Origin: Heterodontus francisci
Taxonomy: Eukaryota
Assembly (NCBI RefSeq): GCF_036365525.1
Contig: NC_090387.1
Coordinates: 76,941,300-77,005,299 of the forward strand
Reading direction: 5' to 3'
DNA: 64,000 nucleotides
The position numbers and the translations under genes were made by a program. Every line of letters starts with the position of its first letter. Within the stretch, counting starts at the first letter, position 1. Below are positions 11,201 through 21,493 of the stretch, piece by piece. The notes under the pieces are model-generated. The model worked only from the letters and a program-made list of their open reading frames with translations. It was not told the DNA's origin and did no database searches.

Positions 11201-14200
11201 CAATTTTCTCAAACTATATGTTCATAAATAAGGTGGACAAGAACACGAACACGTCTTTTGGTTATGGAAAACTGATTCTGTTAGCATTCTAAATCTCCTA
11301 AACCGTGTTTAAGATCCTTAAACCGATAATCTGTTTCGCAGATTAATCAGGAATGTGTCATCAATTCGATACAGAAGTTACTTCAAATATTTTGTCTGAA
11401 AAATAACATTTTGCATTTAAACATTCTTTCGGTCGTTCCATACCGCGAGGTTACTGAATGCATCCTATAGCTTAAACAATAAACTTTTAGAAAACGTTTT
11501 TATCCAAAATCCGCCTTAACATTATTTTCCTATTAATCCCGCAGATAGTGTCCATAATTCATTTTCCTTCTGGACTGCAGTGTGTGCGGTGGCTGGATTG
11601 GCGTTTCTCGTGCTGATGATAGTCATTGGGATGCGGTGTCGACTGCAGAATAATGAAAGTATGATCCCCTTCAAAATCTTGGTTTGAGTACAAAACCTCA
11701 GCGTGAGTGACAGTATCCGAGTACACAGCAGAAAAAGAAATCGATTCAGAATTAGAGCCGAAAACTATGGGCCAGTCAGCCTAACATGGGCAAATGCTAG
11801 AGCCCATTATTAAGGAAGAAATAGCTGAACATTTAGAAAAGCTTAATGCAATCAAACAGAGTCAGCATGGTTTTGTGAAAGGGAAATCATGTTTGACAAA
11901 TTTGCTAGATTTCTTTGAGGATATAACAAGTAGAGTTGATAAAGGGGAACTTGTAGATGTGTATTTGAATTTCCAGAAGGCATTCGAACTGGTGTCACTA
12001 AAAGATTATTGCACAAGATAGGAGCTCACAGTATTGAAGGTAATGCATTAACATGGGTTGAGGATTCGTTAACAAACAGAAGACAGAGAATCGGGATTAA
12101 TGGGTTTTTTCAGGTTGGAAACAGGTAACTAGTGGAGTACCACAAGGATCAATCCTAGGACCTCAATTATTTTCTATTTATATTAATGACTTGGAGGAAA
12201 TGGCAGAGTGAAATATATCCAAATTTGCTGACGATACAAAAATAGTTGGGAGGGCATATTGTGATGAGGACATAAGGAATCTACTAGGGGATATACATAG
12301 GTTGAGTGAGTGGGCAAAAACTTGGCAGATGGAGTTTAATGTAGGAAAGCACGAGGTCATGCACTTTGGTAGGAAGATTCAAAAGGCAGACTATTATTTA
12401 AAGAGAGACTTCAAAATAGTGCAGCACATTGGGATCTGGGTGTTCTTGTGCATCAAACACAAAAGGTTAGCATGCAGGTGCAGCAAGTACTTAAGAAGGC
12501 AAATTAAATTTTTGCCTTTATTGCTGGGGGTTGGAGTTTCAAGATAGGGAAATCTTATTAAAACTGTACAAAGTGTTGGTGAGGCCGCACCGAGAGTATT
12601 GTGTACAGTTTTGGTCCCCATATTTAAGAAAGGATATACTGGCATTGGAGGCAGTTCAAAGCAGATTCACTCGGCTGATTCCTGGGATGAAGGAATTGAC
12701 GTATCAAGAACGGCTAAACAGGTTAGGCCTTTATTTGTTAGAGTATGGATGAATGAGGGCTGATCTTATAGAAATGTACAAGATTCTGAGGGGGTTTGAC
12801 AGGATAGATGTTGAGGACATGTTTCCACGAGTGGGGGAATCTCGAGCTAGCGGACATAGTTACAGAATAAAGGGACACTTATTTAAAACTAAGAAGCGAA
12901 GGAATTTATACTCTCAGAGGTAGTTAATGTCTGGAATTTTCTATCCCAGAGACTTGTGGAGGCTAGATCACTGGAAGTATTAAAGAGGAGGGAGATAGAT
13001 TTTTGAAATATCGGGGAGTTGAGGGCTATGACGAGCTGGCACGAAAGAGGAGTTGAGGCCTGAGGCAGATCAATCATGATCTTATTGAATGGCGGGGCAG
13101 GCATGAGGGGCCGAATGGCCCATTCCTGCTCCTATTTCTTATGTTCTTATGTTCTATGTTCTAAAGTTAATAAACAGTATTACTGTTTTCAGGGAGCACC
13201 GACTGTTCCGAATGCGTTTTATAACAGAGGAATGCTCACAGAATCGCAATAAAAATGAAAGCCATCTTCTGGATTTTTTTCCAAAAGAAATTACCCCTTT
13301 GCAACTGGATAAATGAAATGTACCCTGACATACAATCACTTTCCCGTCAGTTCCGTTGTGGATGCGCAATTAGTTCACTCCGGCCGGAGAATGGTTGTAC
13401 ACATAGGAACATAAGAAATAGAAGCAGGAGTATGCCATCTGGCTCCCCACTCCTGCTTCGCGAGACAATAAGATGGCTGTTCTTCTACCTCAAGTGAACT
13501 TTCCCATCGTATTTCTACATCCCTTGATTCCCGTAGTGTCCAAAAGATTCCCTTATTTTCCGAGAAAAATCTCCACCCCCCCACCCCCCCCCCCCCCCCC
13601 CCCACTCCCCCATAACAACAAAAAACACTGCTGATCGCTACAAAGGTTAGGATTTCAAACACTTTCGGCATAATCCGAAATTGAAAACCATATTCAGCTT
13701 TGTTCTGACTCTAGACAATTCTTCGCAATCTCATACATGGAAACTGAGTAAATATTACAATCTTTCAATATCATTAAATTTCTTTCGTTTCCAGGTAAAG
13801 AAGAATGTGACACGGGACCGAACCGCTCTGAGGAACTGGTATGTTCATTCATTGATCCCGGCAGCTTGTTGAAATATCAAGAAAGAACATATCATAATTA
13901 CACCAGAACATTTTACGTTAATTTACTAAAAGCATTTGTCCGATCTCAGTGACTAATCCATATCCCCCCTTGCGTTGCTGATAAAAAAAAAGTTAAATGG
14001 TGAGAAACCAAAACCGCCTATTTCATTGAAAATGTACCAAGGTAACAATTGCTCATAGATTCATCTATTCTTTGAAATTGAAAAGAAACTTTATGTTATA
14101 AAGCTGTCGCCCTTTTAAACATTTCTGCAACACTCTTGTAGCGTGAACATTGACAGGTTTACATATTAGAGTGGCCAGAACGTGATCACTTTTCGCACTT

Positions 14201-14741
14201 TTGTAATTATCAATGAATTAGGGTTTGTGCACTTGATCCCGAGTCCAGGTGAATCTGTGCAATGCCTGATCAGCGCTACGTAAAACTGTTGAAGGCAATG
14301 ATCTAGTCACATAACCAAACATTTTCTTTCCGGCCCGTGCAGGGAGCAACGGCTGAGGTCATGCATTATGCTGCAATCAATTTGAGCAGAACAAGCAAAA
14401 CTCCAAGACATAAACGTGAAGAGGTGAGAACAGTGTTCGCTCAGGTACAGCTGAGTAATAGATCAGAGAAACATAGATCACGAGTCAAATATCAACATAC
14501 ATTAGATAAGGCAGGGTGCATAATTTGTTTCTGTTGACTTTGACCTTGTGCTATACCTAAGTTTATTTGTGTGTGCTTCGAATGGTTGCTTTGAACAGCT
14601 GTCCAAAAAACTTGCAAAACGAGAAATTAACAATATTTCCAAACATTGTCCTTACAGATCCAACGAAGGGGAACCGGTAACGACCTGACGTACGCGACTT
14701 TAGCATTCACAGGCTCAGAAAAAAACGGAGAAATGCAATAA
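8242..14741 (+). CDS. Gene A: inhibitory VJ-C1 IgSF receptor with SIRP-like tail; 7 exons 8242-8284, 8450-8770, 10170-10481, 11545-11658, 13795-13838, 14343-14444, 14658-14741 (339 aa as assembled)
   Basis: All introns GT-AG with compatible phases (1,1,1,1,0,0). Leader, V, C1, uncharged TM, and a tail with MHYAAI and LTYATL. Confidence 0.85.
8450..8770 (+). CDS. Gene A V-set exon with germline-joined J-like G strand
   Basis: VSQAP...ITFYC...VLWWK...DSGVYHC...[11 protein letters not shown]; acceptor ttctgacag, donor G|gtaagt. Confidence 0.95.
9590..10010 (-). mobile_element. CR1 LINE 3' end in gene A intron 2
   Basis: [20 protein letters not shown]...TRGHRFK...[11 protein letters not shown], the CR1 ORF2 C-terminus. 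Confidence 0.9.
10170..10481 (+). CDS. Gene A C1-set exon
   Basis: [21 protein letters not shown]...GLYEVSSSL...[10 protein letters not shown]: canonical C1-set FYP, W and CxVxH motifs; acceptor ttccgcag, donor G|gtagga. Confidence 0.95.
11545..11658 (+). CDS. Gene A transmembrane exon (no charged residue in the TM)
   Basis: [38 protein letters not shown]; acceptor cccgcag, donor A|gtatga. Confidence 0.85.
11750..13160 (+). mobile_element. CR1 LINE 3' half (degraded RT) in gene A intron 4
   Basis: [40 protein letters not shown]; ends in a (TTCTTATG/TTCTATG)n tail. Confidence 0.92.
13795..13838 (+). CDS. Gene A cytoplasmic exon 1 ([15 protein letters not shown])
   Basis: Strong polypyrimidine acceptor tttctttcgtttccag, donor CTG|gtatgt; converts phase 1 to phase 0 as required. 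Confidence 0.7.
14343..14444 (+). CDS. Gene A cytoplasmic exon 2 (ITIM-like MHYAAI; TVFAQ)
   Basis: [34 protein letters not shown]; phase 0-0; alternative donor after 14423. Confidence 0.75.
14658..14741 (+). CDS. Gene A last coding exon (ITIM LTYATL); extends to 14829 if one A is removed from the A7 run
   Basis: [27 protein letters not shown]; acceptor ccttacag. Confidence 0.8.
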   Translation: MQRRGTGNDLTYATLAFTGSEKNGEMQ

Positions 14742-15101
14742 CGAAAGAAGCACAGAGTATGCAACGCTGCAGACACACAAACAAAGAGGAGTAACAGGGG
14801 TCGTCTATACAGAAGCAAAAATCAATTAGCATTTTTTTTAGATGCTGAAGTCACGTTTGTGATGTGTGCTGATCACATTCCGCTGCCGTACCAGCTCCAG
14901 GCTTACGTGTACCGTGCGATGCCATGTCAGCAGATAATGCAGTCCATAGTAGTTACTTCCTGTTCAATTATTTGATGAACTTTATTTTCGCGGCGTTTAA
15001 GAAAAATCTGCATTTTTTTAAACTGAAGATATTTCTACTCTTTCGATTACACAGATACGCTAATAGCCTTGCTGTACCTAAGTATCTGCATACATGAATT
15101 G

Positions 15102-15107
15102 AATAAA
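15102..15107 (+). terminator. Candidate polyadenylation signal for gene A
   Basis: AATAAA about 360 nt after the stop codon, followed by a GT/T-rich stretch. Confidence 0.45.
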
Positions 15108-15582
15108 AAGGATTATAAACGAATCAACGACTCGTGTTCATTTTTGTTGAGTGATACTGCAAGACCTGTGTGTTGATTTATGTGTCGCAGTTACTGCATT
15201 CCGGCTTCCAGTCCAGGTGAGCGATTTAGAAGTGGAGCGGGTGCAGCTCAAATCAATGGACTCGTCCATCAACCTACTGAAAGTAGCTTCGAGCTGTTTA
15301 TGTCCCACACCATCTATCGCCACAGGTGACTATGTAGAATCATAAAATCATCCAGCACAGTGCCGACATTTTGAAAGAGTTACTCAGTTAGTCCCACTCT
15401 CAACCTCTTTCCCCAAAACCCTGTAACTTTCTCCCTTTCAATGTACATCGAATTCCATTTTGAAGTCTATTCCACTTATTCTTCTTCCAACGTTGTTATC
15501 CTACGGTGACACCTTGTTATTTTTTACAAAAATATCCATGCAATCGAAATCTGCTGCATTGCCTTTATTGATTCTTCAGAAG

Positions 15583-15880
15583 GGCGGCGCAGTGGTTAGC
15601 ACCGCAGCCTCACAGCTCCAGCAACCTGGGTTCAGTTCTGGGTACTGCCTGTGCTGAGTTTGCAAGTTCTCCCTGTGACCGCGTGGGTTTTCGCTCCGGT
15701 TTCCTCCCACAGCCAAAGACTTGCAGGTGGTAGGTAAATTGGTCATTGTAAATTGCCCCTAGTGTAGGTAGGTGGTAGGAAATATGGGATTACTGTAGGG
15801 TTAGTATAAATGGGTGGTTGTTGGTCGGCACAGACTCGGTGGTGTATTTAAGTGCTGTATCTCTAAAATAAAATAAAAAT
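15583..15880 (+). mobile_element. HE1/V-SINE-like tRNA-derived SINE
   Basis: GGCGCAGTGGTTAGCACCGCAGCCTCACAGCTCCAG head, TTTGCAAGTTCTCCCTGTG...GCGTGGGTTT core, A-rich tail. Confidence 0.85.
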
Positions 15881-17094
15881 ATTCTATCTGCTCTTCAAAT
15901 AATTTCACAAGGGAAGTCAAGCGCGATCTGCTTTGCTTAGCTCAGGTTACTACAAGAACGTTTATCATTAACTACAGGGGTCCCGCAAAATGCAAGTAAA
16001 TGTGCAACTGTTAACCTGTCATAATGTTCCAGTTTACTTTATGTTCGATTTTCGCATCTAATAAGAATTCGTTGCTTCAAAATGGAGAGAAATTGTGTAC
16101 ATTATTTTAATAATTTATTTACCTAAACACTGGCACATCTATGTACGGGAATTAAAAGGTAAATCTGTTGGCGGTCCATCAGTTCTGATAAAGATAGTTA
16201 GACGTTATAATCTTCTGATTTTAGCTACATCGTCGTGTTGCTAAATATTGACAAGGGTGTATTGCATATTCAGACTTGATAGAGGACACGGCCCTTCTCG
16301 AAGCACCAACACGTCTAGTTCTAAATTTAGTTCTATTGGTTACAACACGCTGTAAACGTATCTAGTGTTGAATAGCAGCAGTTACTTCACATGGCATGTT
16401 TCAGTGTAATTATAACAAAGCTTAATATTTACATTCAATAGATATTCTATTTCACATTTGTCACTGCAACTTTCCAACCGCACTATCGGCGCAGACGCAA
16501 AAGTGTAATCGTTTCCTCCTACAGCGTTTGACCCAGTTTTATTCAATCAATTTTCATATATGACTCGCGACGTTTTCCTAAATTCATTGTCTGCCTTTTC
16601 CTCATTCACCCCCACACAAGTTTCAGTAGAGTTGAGTTGTTTAGATCCCCGACACACCGTGCAATATCTTCATGCCCTTAAACACTGTAACATTGATCTC
16701 ATTTGCTCACAAATTATACCTTCTGCATGTTGGCTGAAATGTCAAGAGAGTGAGGCCAATAAGGCTCATTATTCAACTTCTCCATTACCCTAAACATTTT
16801 GTGAAGAATTTTGCTCATTGAAGTTGTTCCTATCATAGTGCTACGTATCATAGTGTTGGAGTTTGGAAGTGATGAAAGAACAGATTGCCAAAAATAGTCT
16901 GTTGAATCATCTTGCCGTCCGTCTCCTGTTGCATCCGGACATTGGGCAGAGTCCAATCCTCATTTGTGATGTCACAGGCGAGGAACATCCATACTGAATT
17001 CCTGCTCCCGGACAGCTTGCAACCGGCAGGGCGGTATCATAAAAAAAGGGAATGGAACACAGTAAAATGAGGGGCTTTCATTAACTTTCATTTT

Positions 17095-17570
17095 TAGTTA
17101 TTTTTTCTTCCTTTTTTTTTACATTCTTTTTTACATTTTTTACCATCGTTTTTTTTTTGCATTTATTTCATTTCATCTTAGTTTGTTCAGTTTGCTTATC
17201 CACTGTTTTTTTTCAGGTTTGCACATGCTGCTGTTCAATATTCAGTGTATTAACACCTAATCTGTACTAATGCTTTGTCTTTCAACACACCATTAACATA
17301 TTGTTTGCCTTTGCTCCGTGACCTTTTGGTCAGCTATGTGGCCTGGTCCAATCTAGACCTCCTTTGTTATCTCTTGCCCCACCCCCACATCACTTGCTTA
17401 TATAACCTGTGACTTTTCTAATATTTGTCAGTTCCGAAGAAGGGTCACTGACCCGAAACGTTAACTCTGCTTCTCTTTTCACAGATGCTGCCAGACCTGC
17501 TGAGTGGTTCCAGCATTTCTTGTTTTTATTTCAGATTTCCAGCATCCGCAGTATTTTGCTTTTATTTTAT
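17095..17570 (+). mobile_element. Penelope-like element terminal (pseudo-LTR) fragment
   Basis: Shares the terminal sequence (ACAGATGCTG...CCAGCAT...GTATTTTGCT) of the RT/GIY-YIG-bearing copy at 33960-37325. Confidence 0.8.
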
Positions 17571-19860
17571 GCATCATAGCTTTCTTGCTTTTGTACTCTA
17601 TGCCGCTATTTATATCGCCCAGGGTCCCTGATGACTTATTAACCAATTCCTCTGCCTATCCTGCCACCATAAATGTTACGGCACCGCTTTGGAATTATAC
17701 GCTTTATTTTATATTGCCTCTCCTTATTCTACCAACAACATATATCACTTCACACTTTTCTGGATTAAATTTCATCTGCCACGTTTTCACTTATTCCACC
17801 AGTCTGTCTATGACCTCTTGAAGTTTGCAACTATACTCCTCACAATTCACAGTACTTCCAAGCTTTGTTACATCTTCAAATACTGAAATTGGGTCCTTTA
17901 CACCCAAGTCTAGGTCATTAATATATGTGCAGAAAAGCAGTGATCCTAGTACCGATCCTTGGAGAACTCCACACTATACCTTCCTCCAGTTGGAAAAAAA
18001 AACGTTCACCACTACTTAATGTTTCCTCTCAATGGTCCAGTTTCGTCTTCATGCTGCTACGTTGTGTTTTATTCTCTGGGCTTCAACTGTGCTGGTAAGT
18101 CTCTTAACGTGGCATTTTATCAAAGGCCTTTTGGAAGTCCATATGCACCACATCAACTGCATTGCTCGCAGCTATCTCTCTGTTACCTCATCAATAAACT
18201 TAATTAAGGTAGTTAAACACGATTTGCCTTTGGCAAATCCATGCTGGCTTTCCTTAATTGGTAGAAGTGAATGTTAACTTTGTTTCAGATTATTATTTTT
18301 AAAAGCTTTCCCACCAAGGAGGTTTATTTGATTGGTCTGTAGTTGCTGGCCATTTATTTATTTTACACACTTTATTGAAGAAGGATGTACCATTTGCAAA
18401 TCTCCAGTTCTATATTACCACCCTCGTATCTAAGGAAGATTGGAGGATTATGGTCAGCATCTCCACAATTTCTCCCCTTACTTCCCTCAGCACCTTCAGA
18501 TGCATCTCATACATTCCTGGTGAGTTTTCAACCTTAAGTACAGTCAGCCTTTCCAATAACTGCTCTTTGTGAATTCTTAGCCCATCTTGTATCTCATGTG
18601 CTGCCTTTTTTCACGATGACTTGGGCAGAGTCATCTTCGCTGGTAAAGGCAGATGAGAAGTATTCATTTATTACCTCAGCCATGCACTCTGCCTCCATGT
18701 CTAGATCCCCCTTTTGGTCCCTAATGGCCCAACCGCTACTCTTACCACCTTTTTAATATGTACTTGCCATGAAGGCGTTTGGATTATTTTTCCATTAGCT
18801 GCCAGTCTCTTTTCAGGCTCTCTCTTTGCCCCTCTTACTCGCTTTTACACTTCCCCTCTAACGTTTATATATATACAACGTAGTTCTAACTAGTATTATC
18901 ATGCTGACATCTACCATATGCACCCCTCTTCTGTTTCATCATATTCACTATCTCTTTCATCATCCAGCTAGCTCTGGCTTTGGCTACCCTATCATTCTCC
19001 ATTAATGGAATGTACCTCAACTGCACCTTAACCATCTCTTCTTTAAAGACAGCCCTTGGTTCTGTTACAGCTTTGCCTGCAGATCTTTGATTCCAATTTA
19101 CTCGGGCCAGATCCATTCACACCCCACTGAAATTGGCCCTCCTCCAATTAAATATTTTTAGCCTAGACGTCTCCTTGTCCTTTTCCATGGCCAACCTAAA
19201 CATTAAAATACTATTAGTTCCCTAGATATTCTGCTGCTGACACTTGAACTACTTGACCGACATCGTTCCCCAGAACCAGATTCCGCATTGCCACCACCTT
19301 CCTCATTGGGCCACAAACGTAATATTCAAGATAATTCTCCTGAATACACTTCATAACCTCTTCCCCCTCTCTGCTATTTTCAATTGAACTATCCCAGTCT
19401 ATATTAGGATAATTACAGTCCTCCATTATCACTACTTTATAGTTTTTACGGTTCTCTAATTTCCCAGCAATTTTGTTCCTCGATATCTTTCACACTAGTC
19501 GGTGGCCTATAGAATACACCCCATCGTGCAATGGTATCACCACTGTTTCTTAACTCTAATCCATTAAATATTGTCATTGACCCCTCCTGGATATCCTTTC
19601 GCTCCAGGACTTTAATATTTCACTTTACCAATGCTATCACCCCTCCTCCTTTCTTTCTGTCCTTATCATTCAGGAACACCTGTATCCAGGCATATTTAGC
19701 ACCCAGTCTTGCCCTTTTTTTGAGCAAAGTCCCTGTTATTGCCATGACATCATATTGCCATGTAGCTATTTGCGCCTGCCGTTCACCAACCTTATTTACC
19801 ACTCTTCCTGCATTTACATACATGCACTGTAAACCTAACGTAAATCTTATTACTTTTCCT
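17570..19860 (-). mobile_element. Degraded CR1 LINE (endonuclease through RT)
   Basis: CMYVNAGRVVNKVGE...WQYDVMAITGT and DCNYPNIDW motifs on the minus strand. Confidence 0.85.
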
Positions 19861-21493
19861 CTTAGAATTAACTGAAAAATCGTATTCAGTGTTAAATAAC
19901 ATTGAAATCGGATAGTTGACTCATCGCACAAATGCGGATAACTATGTAGATTTTGCAACGTTCAAGGATGCCCGTTCATAGACACATTACTATAAAGCAA
20001 AATAGAGATTTTGCATTGTTATGGCGCCCGAATCACCGACTCCGGCACATCATAAACCATTAGCTATTTTGTAGTGCAGTCATCGCAAAATGAACAGTCA
20101 ATTTGCGCAGGAGACTGCAGACAGAAGATTGGGTTAATAATTTTCTTGATGATTTAATCTAGTTTGAGGGCTGGGTGTTGTGGGCAGGATGTTTCCGGTT
20201 ATCAGGAAATTTCCTTATTCTTTTTCCAAGTAGGGAGCTGGGGTTTCTTGCAGTCAGCTGAACTGCCAGAACAGGGAGACAGGGTATAATTTTAAGGCTT
20301 CGTATGAACATGGAGAAATACGATAATGCAGCATTCCTTCATTAATCACATACTGACTGTGGCTAGAGGCAGAAATCCAACCAGCATTGGTTGCTGTTAA
20401 TGGGCTTCGAACGCATGTTGTGTTTATAACTCTGTGAAAGATTTTTTTTTCCCGGAAGCACTTCTATTAATATCAGTAAAACATAAGACATCTTAAAGGT
20501 TTACACACTCAAAACTGCTTCACAGGTATGAAAAGCAACATAGATTTATTCAAAAAGACCGCCAGCTGACAACATTCATCCATCAAGATATGTGTCAGCC
20601 CGTTAAAAATTACGCACATGAAGTCTCAGCTACAGCCCTCTCTCCTTCATATTACTGCATTTACATAGAATGCATTCAAGTGCTGCATGAACCCTTGATT
20701 CGTCTCGATTGTGGCCCCTTCACCACGTTCTCAGCTTTCATATCTTCCTGTTTTTTGTTTTCCCAGCGGTATCCGGACATGAGTTTTTCTTTCCCAAAGT
20801 GGGCTTACGAGCAGCAGAAGCAGAGATTATCAACCGCTCATTACCTGATCGTTAAAAACAAAATTCAGAGCTGTATTTTCAAACAATCTAATTACTTCAA
20901 TTATGTTTTCTATTTTCCATCTACACCCGGTATGTTTTTGAGCATGACAGCATCAATACCATTACACTCGCAAACATATTCAGCACTGCATCAATATAGT
21001 TAGGCACTCGCAACTGCAACAGTATGAAGTGATTAAATTAAAGAAACCTTTGACATTTACATCGTCTGGTTGCGATTGGAAAATTATTGTCAAATTAGTC
21101 TGCATCAATATCATTTGACTTCTTTATCCATTCGCCGCTTGATCTGGCTGAACTGTCCAAAGCACTAGCGAGTCCTGCTCTCGTCTGCTAAAACTGTTCA
21201 CTTTGCCAGAATCATCCTGGAATGCTAAGATGGCCCCTGGCTTCTTATCTCCACTGCAAGCCGTCTCCTTAAACCCCTTTCCCTTGTCTCATGTACCTCA
21301 CCTCCAACTAGTGCGAGGAGCTCATGGAACTCTATGACACGAAGTTTGATATTATTGAATCAGCTGCTTTTGCGGCTTCCCTTCCTCCGCTTCGCCCCGT
21401 CGGACCATCCGTCCTCATCTACGAAATAGGGAGTTGGGGCCGTATGCGTCCACCAAAGAGGACAGACGGACCTCGGTTTAACAGCTTGACGAA

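Noticed and set aside
15583-15660. tRNA gene
   Set aside because: It is the tRNA-derived head of a SINE present four times in the window.
20845-20870. Possible small cytoplasmic exon of gene B (ALNFVFNDQ, minus strand)
   Set aside because: Phase is compatible, but the acceptor lacks a polypyrimidine tract and I found no counterpart after gene D.
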